Part shown: one piece after another, positions 42,110 to 54,064 of the stretch
How positions within the stretch are numbered: the first letter of the stretch is position 1
How the letters are laid out: every line of letters starts with the position of its first letter
Assembly (NCBI GenBank): GCA_951406725.2
Contig: OX597838.1
Coordinates: 19,530,001-19,594,000, forward strand
Length of the DNA: 64,000 nt
Origin: Octopus vulgaris
Taxonomy: Eukaryota
Direction of reading: 5' to 3'
The notes under the pieces: generated by a model
The model's input: the letters and a program-made list of their open reading frames with translations, nothing else
What the model was told of the DNA's origin: nothing
The model's database searches: none
Made by a program: the position numbers and the translations under genes

Positions 42110-43305
42110 AAAGGGTTTTATTTTAAAAATCTGACAGATCATTTACCCCAACTTGGATAGCGAGTTAAAGGATGAAACATTGTTCTTACATGTCCCCAAA
42201 GTGGGATCCATTCTGTTGAAGATGAAGTAAATATTGATGAAGTTGCTGATGTTGATGAGGCTTGTAGACTTTTTTCTGGTTTTAATCATTTCCCGGTGGA
42301 AAAAAAAATATGTTCAATTATTTTCAGAGAAAAAAATTTGAGTGATTTTGTGCGGGAGTTACGACAGAGTTTTTCGCTTCTTGTGAAGAAGAAAACCGCT
42401 TGGCTGAGTTGATACAGGAAGTGAAGTATTGATTTAAGAGATTATTTCAAAATGGCTGGTCCTCCTTCCAATTACTGTCATGACATTAATGGATTTTTAG
42501 CAAGTTTGACTGAAAGGCATACTGTAAATGAATGGCGGTTTTTTTTAAACTCATCGCTACAAAGTTTAAAAGCTGCTTTATTGCATAATGGAAATTTAAA
42601 ACTATCTATTCCCATCACTCAATCAGTTAATTCAAAAGAATCTTACTTCAGTATAAAAATAATTTTTTTAATACGATTCTATACAACAATAACCAAAGAA
42701 TTTTTGTGGAGATCTTAAAGTAATGTTTAATGGGTAAGAGGATTAACCAAGCACTGTTACTTTCTGTGTTTGCGCGACAGTGTCGCTATTGCAAAACATT
42801 GTAACAGAAGAGAATGGTTAATCTGGTTTTCATATATTCATAAAAGAAATAATATTCAATCAGTTCCAAAAGAAAGCATTTCTACTACCTCTTCATGTCG
42901 AACTTTGCTTAATAAAAATATTTAAGGCAAGGACAAAAAAATATCGAAGACAATATAATTTTCTTTCAGAAATACTTTCACAATTAATCACTGTAAAAAT
43001 TATGGAGAAGTTTTATAGGAATTCAAATCCGAGGGGTATTAAAAGGTAACACTTTTGCTGAAACACCTTCAGTACCTGAACTAAAAGCTTGTCATGTTTT
43101 CATATGGACCCGTGCAATCATCGTTGGAAATTATAGATCTTCTTTCCGAAATGGGGTTTAAAAGTCAAACGGAGGCTTTCAAAAATATAACTTATAGCAT
43201 GTCAAGTAAATTACGTTTTTACATTTACACTTCCGTTTCTAGTCTGAAAACCTTAGAGTAATCTATGGCAAACAAGGAGAAGAAATATATATTCATACCA
43301 GGTGG
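42110..43305 (+). pseudogene. Chapaev3-like transposase fossil
   Basis: YCHDING...EWRFFLNSSLQSLKAALLHNGN..SIPI..SV..KESY; CGDLKV; LLPLHVELCLIKIF; MSSKL; ENLRVIYGKQGE. These match the family motifs EWRLFIDSS..SLKAVLLHNGN, LPPLHIKLG and ENLGAVS.EQGE. Confidence 0.75.
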
Positions 43306-43309
43306 AAAT

Positions 43310-44010
43310 CAACTCGTGACAGAATAAAACCACTTCTTAAACCCATCTCACTTCAAGAAACATCTCACATTTGGTTTTGCCATCACTCACGACGTCTCAT
43401 GTGGTTCCAGAAAAGGTGCATTTTCATAATTTTTGTATACTTACTATGAGATGTAGCCTACTTCAGCAACCATTTGTTTATCAGCTGCTCGTGATAATTA
43501 GTTGCTGACTCTATGTCAACACTGGCAGATTAAGATTTTTTGTTGTGTAAAATTAAACGCTTCTTAAACCTTTAAAACCAGCATTTACTCGACAGAAGAT
43601 GTTTTTCATTATGCGATTCACCTTCCTTTTTCTGCAAACCATGAGAAAAATTTTTGGATTTGGTTTTTAATTACCATCGTGATTATCGGCACGATAGTAA
43701 TTATATCGGTAATTATGTTGAGTCTGAAACTCGATCCATTAACCCAAGAACCGTTTCATTTTAAGCATCACGTTAGATTTATGAAAAAAAAAGGGTTGGA
43801 GTAGGATATTTGACGTAATTTTTTCTTTTTCGTCAAATATCGTTTCGCTATAAATAATGTTGTAAACTTCACTGTTTTGGCAATGTGGCTGATTTTTCCT
43901 TCCGTATTGAGCCTTCTTGAAACATCAACCTTACTAACCATTGTAATCCTTTATTGGTTTTTTCGTACTACTGCCTTGGATTGTACGTGGTGGTTTCTGT
44001 CTAGACATCT
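43310..44010 (-). pseudogene. pogo/Tigger transposase fossil (N-terminal HTH and CENP-B-type region)
   Basis: ITMVSKVDVSRRLNTEGKISHIAKTV (HTH_psq-like), SSKCWF*RFKKR..LHN (cf. ASKGWFERFKKR) and a GY..VY..E..F-like start of the DDE domain. Confidence 0.65.
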
Positions 44011-44446
44011 TACCGGGTTCATGGGCACTTTGCCTCTTGTACTTCTCACGTAAGCCATGTTTATTGATAGAAAAAAATATAGATTTTTAATTACTATATT
44101 TGTTGATTATAATTTATTTTTATATATTTATTATTTTATAATTATTATATCCGAACTAAAATCTAAAAATATTAAGAGTGATTGTTTTGTAAATTAGTTT
44201 GGTAATTAAATATTAGAGTATAACTAGGTTAAAGATATTCTATAGTTTATTAATGTTTTTTTATTCTATTTACTCTATTGTTTACCTTAAATATGTAACA
44301 TAATAAATGTATTGTTGGAAACTGATCCTAATGTTTTAAGTTTCAAATTTAGTTAATGGAATTTCTTCTATAAGAAAAATCATTATTTTATTTTTTTAAT
44401 AAATATTGTTTAACTGTATTTGCTTATTTAATTAACTATTATTGTT

Positions 44447-44547
44447 AACCTGAAGAGTGACTATAATTTTAAATTGAATTGATTTTCGATTAATTTTAAA
44501 TTTAATTGTAATTCGAATTTAATTATAGCCATGAAACGTACGTAGTT
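44447..44547 (+). ncRNA. Type I hammerhead ribozyme motif with long AU-rich stem II
   Basis: AAC-CTGAAGA-GTGACTATAATT...AATTATAGCCAT-GAAA-CGTACG-TA-GTT. Palindromic stem III (ACGTACGT); predicted GUA cleavage after 44544. Confidence 0.65.
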
Positions 44548-44681
44548 TTTTTTACTTATATATGATTATTCATTTTAAAAACTTTTTGTGATCTAGTTAT
44601 ATAAAAATCTTTTTTATTTTTATTTATGATTTGGTTTATGTCTATCATTGTTTGAGTTGCATAATATTGGTTTTTTCTCTA

Positions 44682-44750
<69 letters not shown>

Positions 44751-45248
44751 TATATATAAAATATATATATAAAATATATATATATAATTTATATATATAT
44801 ATATATATATAAATGTATATTATATATATATATAATATATTTATATATATAAAATATAATATAAATAATATATAAATATATGCATATATATATACATATA
44901 TGTACATACCTAAATCTATATGTATATATATATATGCATATATGGGTACAGGACATAAAAAAAACGTTGAACACAATGAGAAACGAAAACAAAAAACAAA
45001 AACATGGAAACGAACTTATTTCAAACAACGAAGAAAACAAACATAGAAACGAGACATACAACATAAAGAATATTCCCCTTCTTCAGTTGTCCCTGTTTTG
45101 GCTACTCCGCGTTACGAAGGTAAGGAGAAAAAACGCGACTTCGTTGAAACAGTCCTTACCGCAAAGCAAATGAAATAAAATTTGGGATTTTTTGCGGAAG
45201 GGTAAAGGTGGTAACAAGAGCAAGACAGTAAAAAATAATATATACATG

Positions 45249-45297
<49 letters not shown>

Positions 45298-45575
45298 ATA
45301 TATACCCATATATGCATGTATATATACATGTAGATATAGGTATGTACATATATATATATATACATTTTAGATTTATAAACAATTATAATTATGGTTTAGC
45401 AAAATTGCTTCACTACATACTCTGATTATGATTATGCTAAACCCTAATTATAATTATGTTAATAATTATGAAATTATTGTGCAAGTTCACCGATAATGGT
45501 TCTTTTAACATACCGAACTACTTGGTAAGATTATTAATTATAAATTGATTAATTAATTTTACCCTTTATTATTAG

Positions 45576-45670
<95 letters not shown>

Positions 45671-45879
45671 TATATAGATATAATATAATGGCCACAGCTC
45701 ATTAGCTGAAACTGGAAAAATCAAAATCAAAAATCATATATAATATATATGTGTATATATAATATATAAATTTTCATGATCTGTCATATTTAGATACTTC
45801 TATTAAATTCATTCAGTTGTTAAACATAAATCTTGGAATTAAATGGTTTTGATTTACTGTCAGGTGACTTTTGGCCAAT

Positions 45880-46660
45880 CCTGTATGTATGTATGCATGC
45901 AAGTATGTATGTATGTATTATGTATGTATACATGTATGTATGCATGCAAGTATGTATGTATGCAAGTATGCATGTATGCATGCATGTATGCATGTATGCA
46001 TGCATGCATGTATGTATGTATGTATGTATGCATGCATGCATGCATGCATGCATGCATGCATGTATGTATGTATGTATGCATGCGTGCAAGTATATATGTA
46101 TGTATGTATGCATGCAAGTATGTATGTATGTATGTATGTATGTATGCAAGTATGTATGTATGCATGTATGCATGTATGGATGTATGGATGTATGCATGTA
46201 TGCATGTATGTATGTATGTATGCATGCATGCATGCATGTATGTATGTATGTATGTATGTATGTATGCATGCGTGCAAGTATATATGTATGTATGTATGCA
46301 TGCAAGTATGTATGTATGTATGTATGTATGCAAGTATGTATGTATGCATGTATGCATGTATGGATGTATGTATGTATGCATGTATGCATGCATGCATGTA
46401 TGTATGTATGTATGCATGCGTGCAAGTATATATGTATGCATGTATGCATACAAGTATGTATGTATGTATGTATGCATGCAAGTATGTATGTATGCATGTA
46501 TGCATGTATGCATGTATGCATGCATGCATGTGTGTATGTATGTATGTATGCCTGCATGCATGTATGTATGCATGTATGTATGTATGTATGTATGCATGCA
46601 TGCAAGTATATATGTATGTATGTATGCATGCATGTATGTATGTATGTATGTATGTACGTG
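45880..46660. repeat. (ATGT)n/(ATGC)n compound microsatellite
   Basis: Direct reading. Confidence 0.95.
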
Positions 46661-46862
46661 TATACTTTTCTCTTTGTGAGCTTTTATATGTACAGTTCGT
46701 CCATACGTAATAATCGCAATAATCAATCTCTGTTGTATGTAGATAATGTTATGTGCGTGTGTGTGCTTGTGTATGTGTGTGCGTGCGTGCGTGCGAGTAT
46801 GCATGTGTGTTTAATATTTCTACAATATGGAGGAGACAAGTCAGAAAATTGACAAAGTTTTA

Positions 46863-47756
46863 TTAAACGTTTGAATAGTCAATCTGAGAAATACAGTTGT
46901 TTTCTTCTCCATAGTATCTCGCTTGCGCTGAACTATATTTCGTTTCTTTAGAAGCTGCTTTGAGTAACTCCAACATACGCTTATGAAGAGATATTAACTC
47001 CTTCTCTTCTCCAGTGTAAGGAGTTAGAATTGATAAATCAGAAAGCCATTCATGATGAAGCTTCAAAGCTATTATTCCTGTGTGGAGAGCAGCTGTCGCT
47101 ATGAGGCTCGGTTTGTATTGAGATTTGACACAAATAATGTCATCATATTGCGATAGTTCTAATATATAATTGGTTATACAATATAAGTCGTGAGTCGCTT
47201 TTAATTTGAGAATAACCCGGAAGTAATTAAAGAAAGTGTAAGGAGTAATGATTAATTTCCTAATATTGAAATGTTCATAGATCAAACTGCGTATCTTTTT
47301 AAGCTTTTCTTTTGACGATTCGGGGTCGACGCTTGACACTAAATTCATAAGCTCCTGCGCATCAGAAGTTTTCCCTTTGTATACCATATCGAATGAAACC
47401 GAGAGACAACTCGTCGCGATGCATTGCAGTTTTTTTAGGGGAATCCGTGGTAATTTTTTGCAAGACATGAATAAATCAAATAATGAAACAGCTAGGTAAA
47501 AGACTTCCTTAGAAGCCTTGTAACGATCGACGCAAGCTAACATCCAATTGATCAAAGTCAGACGATCATCTTTTCTGAAATCATGGCACTCGAAATAATT
47601 CTTAGCTTTCTTCTGATGATTTTCAGCTTCATATAGAGCAGATAACTTGAGATTAACAAGATTAAGTGACATTGTTACTCCCATAAAATGTCCAAATTTC
47701 TTCAGCTTATTTTTTAAAGTTTCATCAAACGGTTGAAAACTCGGTTTAAGGTTCAC
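46863..47756 (-). CDS. Divergent cyclin A/B-type protein (cyclin N and C domains), uninterrupted ORF; first ATG at 47684
   Basis: LYEAE...NYF...DRLTLINWM (MRAILVDWL box), EVFYLAVSLFDLFM (ETLYLAVNYIDRFL), KKLQCIATSCL, NYILELS, YKPSLIATAAL and TPYTGEE...KYSSAQARY. The track's start at 47756 is GTG, so the true start or an upstream exon is uncertain. Confidence 0.88.
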   Translation of the reverse strand: MNLKPSFQPFDETLKNKLKKFGHFMGVTMSLNLVNLKLSALYEAENHQKKAKNYFECHDFRKDDRLTLINWMLACVDRYKASKEVFYLAVSLFDLFMSCKKLPRIPLKKLQCIATSCLSVSFDMVYKGKTSDAQELMNLVSSVDPESSKEKLKKIRSLIYEHFNIRKLIITPYTFFNYFRVILKLKATHDLYCITNYILELSQYDDIICVKSQYKPSLIATAALHTGIIALKLHHEWLSDLSILTPYTGEEKELISLHKRMLELLKAASKETKYSSAQARYYGEENNCISQIDYSNV

Positions 47757-47914
47757 TGAAAGCTCTTAACTGATTATATATTACAGAGTCTTTTATGACG
47801 TAGTTGAAACGTGACAATTATTTTTACGGTATGATAGTTTTTTTCTTTTTAAATAAAAACAAACTTCACTAAATTAATATTTCGATAATGAAACGAAATT
47901 GTATTTTTTTATTT

Positions 47915-48480
47915 CTTATTTCTTTATTGCCCACAAGAGGATAAACATAGAGGGGACAAACAAGGACAGACAAACGGATTAAGTCGATTACATCGACTCC
48001 AGTGCGTAACTGGTACTTATTTAATCGACCTCGAAAGGATGAAAGGCAATGTCGACTTCGGCGGAATTTGAACTCAGAACGTAGCGGCAGGCGAAATACC
48101 TATTTCTTTACTACCCACAAGGGGCTAAACATAGAGTGGACAAACAAGAACAGACAAACGGATAAAGTCGATTATATCGACTCCAGTGCGTAACTGGTAC
48201 TTATTTAATCGACCCTGAAAGGATGAAAGGCAAAGTCGACCTCGGCGGAATTTGAACTCATAACGTAGCGGCAGACGAAATACCTATTTCTTTACTACCC
48301 ACAAGGGGCTAAACACAGAGTGGACAAACAAGGACAGATAAATGGATTAAGTCGATTATATCGACCCCAGTGCGTAACTGGTACTTATTTAATCGACCCC
48401 GAAAGGATGAAAGGCAAAGTCGACCTCGGCGGAATTTGAACTCAGAACGTAGCGGCAGCCGAAATACCTATTTCTTTACT
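47915..48480 (-). repeat. Tandem trimer of SINE family B bodies (~184 bp)
   Basis: CCTATTTCTTTACTA...GGAATTTGAACTCA repeated three times; same unit as 23512-24056. Confidence 0.85.
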
Positions 48481-48989
48481 AATATAGAGCCTTGGGCAAG
48501 TGCCTTCTACTATAGCCTCAGGCTGACTGTAGTCTTGTGAAAAGATTTAGTGGACGGAAACTGAAAGAAGCCTGTTTTGCGTGTATATGTGCATGAGTGA
48601 GTGTGTGTGAGTGCGTGTGTCTTTGAGGCTGTGTACCCTCACCCCACCCCGTCTGACAACCGAGCATGGCTGCAGCCTAATAACTGAAACAAGTAAAAAT
48701 ATAAAAGAAAAGAATATGGAGGTGTCTCGCTTTACAGCCACGTCACGTTACGAGATTTCGTGTTTACGGAAATAGTAGAGCACGACCATTAATTCATTTT
48801 TTTTTCTTTTTCTGAAACATGTACAAGATCTCATATTTGATGGAAGGGTGTTATTCGATTACATCAACCCGGTACTTCACTAGTACTTTATTCGAACGCC
48901 TTTTAAAAGCCTGGTTTTCGGAATGAAATACATAACGTTATGAAGTAGCAGACCCCCATCAGTTGAAGTAGAAAGATTTAAATAAAAGT

Positions 48990-49149
48990 AAGGAGTGGCT
49001 GTGTGGTAAGTAGCTTGCTAACCAGCCACATGGTTCCGGGTTCAGTCCACTGCGTGGCATCTTGGGCAAGTGTCTTCTGCTATAGCCCCGGGCCGACCAA
49101 TGCCTTGTGAGTGGATTTGGTAGACGGAAACTGAAAGAAGCCTGTCGTA

Positions 49150-49204
<55 letters not shown>

Positions 49205-49430
49205 GTATGTGTGTGTGTTTGTGTGTCTGTGTTTGTCCCCCTAGCATTGCTTGACAACCGATGCTGGTGTGTTTACATCCCCATCACTTAGCGGTTCGGC
49301 AAAAGAGACCGATAAGAATAAGTACTGGGCTTACAAAGAATAAGTCCCGGGGTCGATTTGCTCGACTAAAGGTGGTGCTCCAGCATGGCCGCAGTCAAAT
49401 GACTGAAACAAGTAAGTAAAGTAAGTAAAG
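48990..49430 (+). mobile_element. SINE family A
   Basis: Full copy. AAAGATTTAAAT / AAAGATTAAAT flanks suggest a target-site duplication. Confidence 0.88.
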
Positions 49431-50519
49431 ATTAAATTTCTACAGCATAATCGTAATATATACGTAAACCATAAATCAAAACCTTAAAGCCTTAAGGCTA
49501 CACTTTAACCCCGAACTGCAACAATAAAAACTTAGATGAATATCTTCCCTATAAACAGAGAGCTTTTGTTTTAAATTTGTTTATGACCGGAGTTAATATG
49601 ATATTCTGTTACGTATCCACAATTGATTTCGCCTACTTTTGTGATCTCCATTTCCATAATCTTTATATTGACGCTTTCAAAGAAAATCATTTCCTCTCTA
49701 GAGAACGAATATGTACTGCATAACCAGGGATATTAATCTACAAACTAGAATAATCTGAATTCAAGTTCTTAAATCCATTGAGACCCTGCTTAGAAGAAGA
49801 AAGATTGTACGAACAACTCACTATCAGATAGGTTTTTCAAGAATTATATAACGCTTCCTGAATGATAACTGGTGAAATGTTTACAAAATATTGGCGAGAA
49901 AAACTGACTTGTGAGGAGATAATATCTCACAGAATGTGTAAAAAGAAAAAATGGCTGCCGAAAAATATTCTTAGAGATACAAGTATCGGTTTCTAATTAC
50001 TAAATACGAGCGAAACACCCACCGTCCAATGGACGGTGCTGAGTTGTCAAGAAGAAATAAAGATAGACTTTTTTTTCTGTTCCAAAGAAAAACGATTTTA
50101 TTCACACAAATATGCAACCGAAGAGTTTAAAGTACCAGTAATGATAAGGCTGTTGATTGGGAGAACACAAACTTGGTTTAAACAGTAAGCTTGGCAGGAA
50201 GGAAACGTGCTTTTAAGCAGTACAAAAACAACAAAAAATGGAAGGTGCAGCTACGTACAGGTTGGTGGAAGAAAAGCTGGACAAAAACGGCTTTATCGAT
50301 CGCATTCTCACCTGGAATCAATTTTTGTAATTTTTTCAAGACTTATACACGCCCTGATACCGTCGGTATCTACATATCAAATTTGAGCGCAATCGGATGG
50401 AGGATGCCCGAGATCCTAGAAGACACACACATAGACAGACAGAAAGGGTTTTATATAATAGATGAGAATAGAATAAAGAACGTATCACGTAATAGCAACG
50501 TTTTCATTACTAAAATAAC

Positions 50520-50833
50520 TGGCGCTCTGTCGGTTATGGCGATAAGGGTTTCATTTGACCCGATCAACGGAACAGCTTGCTCGTGAAATTAACGTGCATG
50601 TGGCTGAGCACTCCACACACATACGTACCCTTAACGGGTACTCTACAAACACGCGTACTCTTAACAGTTTGACACAAGATGTGACAAGGCTGGCCCTTTG
50701 AAATACAGGTTGTACTCATTGTTGCCAGCTGAATGGACCGGAGCAACGTGAAATAAAGTGTCTTGCTCAAGGACGCAACGCGCGGCCGGGAATTGAACTC
50801 ACGATCTTACAAACGTGAGCCGAATACCCTAAA
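50520..50833 (-). mobile_element. SINE family D
   Basis: Reverse homologue of 22365-22675. Confidence 0.75.
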
Positions 50834-50919
50834 TAAATAAATCAAACAATGTCACATACTCAAGGATTTTACTAGCTCTAATCACGAGCTAAGTCACAAC
50901 TGTTATAAGTACGAGATAA

Positions 50920-51154
50920 ACCTATTTCTTTACTACCCACAAGGGGCTAAACACAGAGGGGACAAACAAGGACAGACAAACGGATCAAGTCAATTACACT
51001 GACCCCAGTGCGTAACTGGTACTTAATTTATCGACCCCGAAAGGATGAAAGGCGAAGTCGACCTCGGCGGAATTTGAACTCAGAACGTAACGGCAGACGA
51101 AATACTGCTACGCATTTCGTCCGGCGTGCGAACAATTCTGCCAGCTCGCCGCCT
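50920..51154 (-). mobile_element. SINE family B with target-site duplication
   Basis: Flanked by TTATAAGTACGAGATAAACC / TTATAAGTACAAGATAAACC. Confidence 0.88.
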
Positions 51155-51386
51155 TATAAGTACAAGATAAACCACTATAATAATACTCTTGTGTTTTTCT
51201 TCGTTACAACATATGAATACGAAAGGAAGGGGTGATAGATGAACGGTCACTGTAATTTCATTGGTTTGAACTATTAGTAATTCCAGTAACCGATTTTTTT
51301 ATACACTCATTACCGCAATAGGTGTGTATATATAAATAGGTGCTTGGAAGTGTGCAAGTATGAGTGAATGTCTCACACACACACAC

Positions 51387-51416
<30 letters not shown>

Positions 51417-51421
<5 letters not shown>

Positions 51422-52272
51422 CACAAATGGAAGACAACACGTAAGAGATAAATTTTAACAGACATATTAGTTTAAAGCTTAAAAGAAGGGAAACAGTAAT
51501 GACGGTTCGGACGATAGTCCTTCATCAGAAAAAAGGTTCTAATGAGTAAAGATGGTGAAAAATTATAAAGAATGAGAAAAGGTGATTGGAAAACGTATTA
51601 GGGAACCAGGTGAGAATACGGTTCAATGGTAGGTGTGAGAATGAGAAGAGGGGGTAGGATGGTGTGTGTTTGCATTTGAGATTATCCATGTATAGTGGTG
51701 GGGAAGGTGAATGAGGGTAGTAGTTTTGTAAGCGTGGAAGTGTGCATGTACGAGAGTTTAGTAGCGCGGATAATGCAGAAGGAAGGTGTGAAGCTGTTTT
51801 TTGTATGGAGGGCGTATATTTTATGTGAGAGATAAGCGTGGATATGTGTGGGGGTGAGGATTTGGCAGGTGCGTGAGTGAGGCGGAAGGGAGGACAAGAG
51901 GAATGTGGTATTGGAGAAATAAACACGGATGAAAAACATAATACATAGTGAAACAAAAAACAAACATAAAATAAATTGTAAAGTGGAAACATTGGTGAAA
52001 CGTCTGGAGGTTATGTAACGAGTACAATGTCCGGAGAAAATAATAAAAGAAGGATGTGTGTGTGTATTTGTGTGTGTGAACGTGACGATTTGTGTGTGTG
52101 TGTGTGTGTGGCTTTGTGCGGGTGTGTGCGTGCGCGCATTTTCGTGCATATGTGTGAGTGTGTATGTGTGTGTGTATGTACGTGTGTGTGGGTATGTGTG
52201 TGTGTTTGTATATATGAGTATAGGCGTGGTTTAGGTTACGTGTGTCTATATATCTGTTTCTCTCTCTCCCCC

Positions 52273-52315
<43 letters not shown>
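51417..52315. repeat. ~900-bp direct repeat, copy 1
   Basis: Colinear with 54241-55150, with scattered substitutions and indels. Carries a degenerate hammerhead-like CTGATGA-A-GGAC(tatc)GTCC-GAACCGTC on the - strand near 51500-51528. Confidence 0.9.
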
Positions 52316-52318
<3 letters not shown>

Positions 52319-52592
52319 ATTAATTAATAAGGGTGAGAGAATTAGATACTAATTTAATAGTATATTTATTCCACACCAAGTGGCCTAGTGCTACGAGAAA
52401 CCTGGATTATTATAATATTTTATAACATATTATAATATTTTCACAAAATAAATATAAGAGAGTGGTCACTATATTGATCACTCTAGCACCAGTTAATCCA
52501 AAAGGTTTCAACCACGAAAATACGTGTTTCCCATGAAAGCCAGTACGACTGTTAGCTCACACGGACAGGGCAAATAAAAAATAACAAAAATA

Positions 52593-52686
52593 CAGATTAT
52601 TTTGGGACAATTGTTTCGCTATTAATGAATTAAATGTAATATTACTTACAATAATCCATTTGTAGCTCGTCAGCCAAGACTATCTG
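52593..52686 (-). ncRNA. Type I hammerhead ribozyme, array copy 1
   Basis: Reverse complement of 53438-53531. Confidence 0.85.
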
Positions 52687-53125
52687 GATGAAATCCACTC
52701 AATCACACGCCAGATTTTACCATAACGATAAATACGCGTGTGGTTCAATTGATTACATCCGACGTTATAATTCAAATGCCCCAACCAACAGCGCGCCAAA
52801 CTCTCACGGAAAACAAATACAGCATTTAGAAATAAATGCAGCATAATTATAATTAATTAATAAGGGTGAGAGAATTAGATACTAATTTAATAGTATATTT
52901 ATTCCACACCAAGTGGCCTAGTGCTACGAGAAACCTGGATTATTATAATATTTTATAACATATTATAATATTTTCACAAAATAAATATAAGAGAGTGGTC
53001 ACTATATTGATCACTCTAGCACCAGTTAATCCAAAAGGTTTCAACCACGAAAATACGTGTTTCCCATGAAAGCCAGTACGACTGTTAGCTCACACGGACA
53101 GGGCAAATAAAAAATAACAAAAATA

Positions 53126-53219
53126 CAGATTATTTTGGGACAATTGTTTCGCTATTAATGAATTAAATGTAATATTACTTACAATAATCCATTTGTAGCT
53201 CGTCAGCCAAGACTATCTG
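53126..53219 (-). ncRNA. Type I hammerhead ribozyme, array copy 2
   Basis: Reverse complement of 53438-53531; abuts the inversion junction. Confidence 0.85.
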
Positions 53220-53437
53220 GAATAAATATACTATTAAATTAGTATCTAATTCTCTCACCCTTATTAATTAATTATAATTATGCTGCATTTATTTCTAAAT
53301 GCTGTATTTGTTTTCCGTGAGAGTTTGGCGCGCTGTTGGTTGGGGCATTTGAATTATAACGTCGGATGTAATCAATTGAACCACACGCGTATTTATCGTT
53401 ATGGTAAAATCTGGCGTGTGATTGAGTGGATTTCATC

Positions 53438-53531
53438 CAGATAGTCTTGGCTGACGAGCTACAAATGGATTATTGTAAGTAATATTACATTTAATTCATT
53501 AATAGCGAAACAATTGTCCCAAAATAATCTG
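53438..53531 (+). ncRNA. Type I hammerhead ribozyme, array copy 3
   Basis: CAGATAGTCTTGG-CTGACGA-GCTA(41 nt)TAGC-GAAA-CAATTG-TC-CCAAAATAATCTG. Canonical core; GUC cleavage after 53518. Confidence 0.88.
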
Positions 53532-53970
53532 TATTTTTGTTATTTTTTATTTGCCCTGTCCGTGTGAGCTAACAGTCGTACTGGCTTTCATGGGAAACAC
53601 GTATTTTCGTGGTTGAAACCTTTTGGATTAACTGGTGCTAGAGTGATCAATATAGTGACCACTCTCTTATATTTATTTTGTGAAAATATTATAATATGTT
53701 ATAAAATATTATAATAATCCAGGTTTCTCGTAGCACTAGGCCACTTGGTGTGGAATAAATATACTATTAAATTAGTATCTAATTCTCTCACCCTTATTAA
53801 TTAATTATAATTATGCTGCATTTATTTCTAAATGCTGTATTTGTTTTCCGTGAGAGTTTGGCGCGCTGTTGGTTGGGGCATTTGAATTATAACGTCGGAT
53901 GTAATCAATTGAACCACACGCGTATTTATCGTTATGGTAAAATCTGGCGTGTGATTGAGTGGATTTCATC

Positions 53971-54064
53971 CAGATAGTCTTGGCTGACGAGCTACAAATG
54001 GATTATTGTAAGTAATATTACATTTAATTCATTAATAGCGAAACAATTGTCCCAAAATAATCTG
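53971..54064 (+). ncRNA. Type I hammerhead ribozyme, array copy 4
   Basis: Same sequence as copy 3, 533 nt downstream; cleavage after 54051. Confidence 0.88.

Noticed and set aside
43805-43841. 11-bp inverted repeat GATATTTGACG/CGTCAAATATC
   Set aside because: Lies inside the Tigger fossil; most likely a local template-switch scar, not a terminator.
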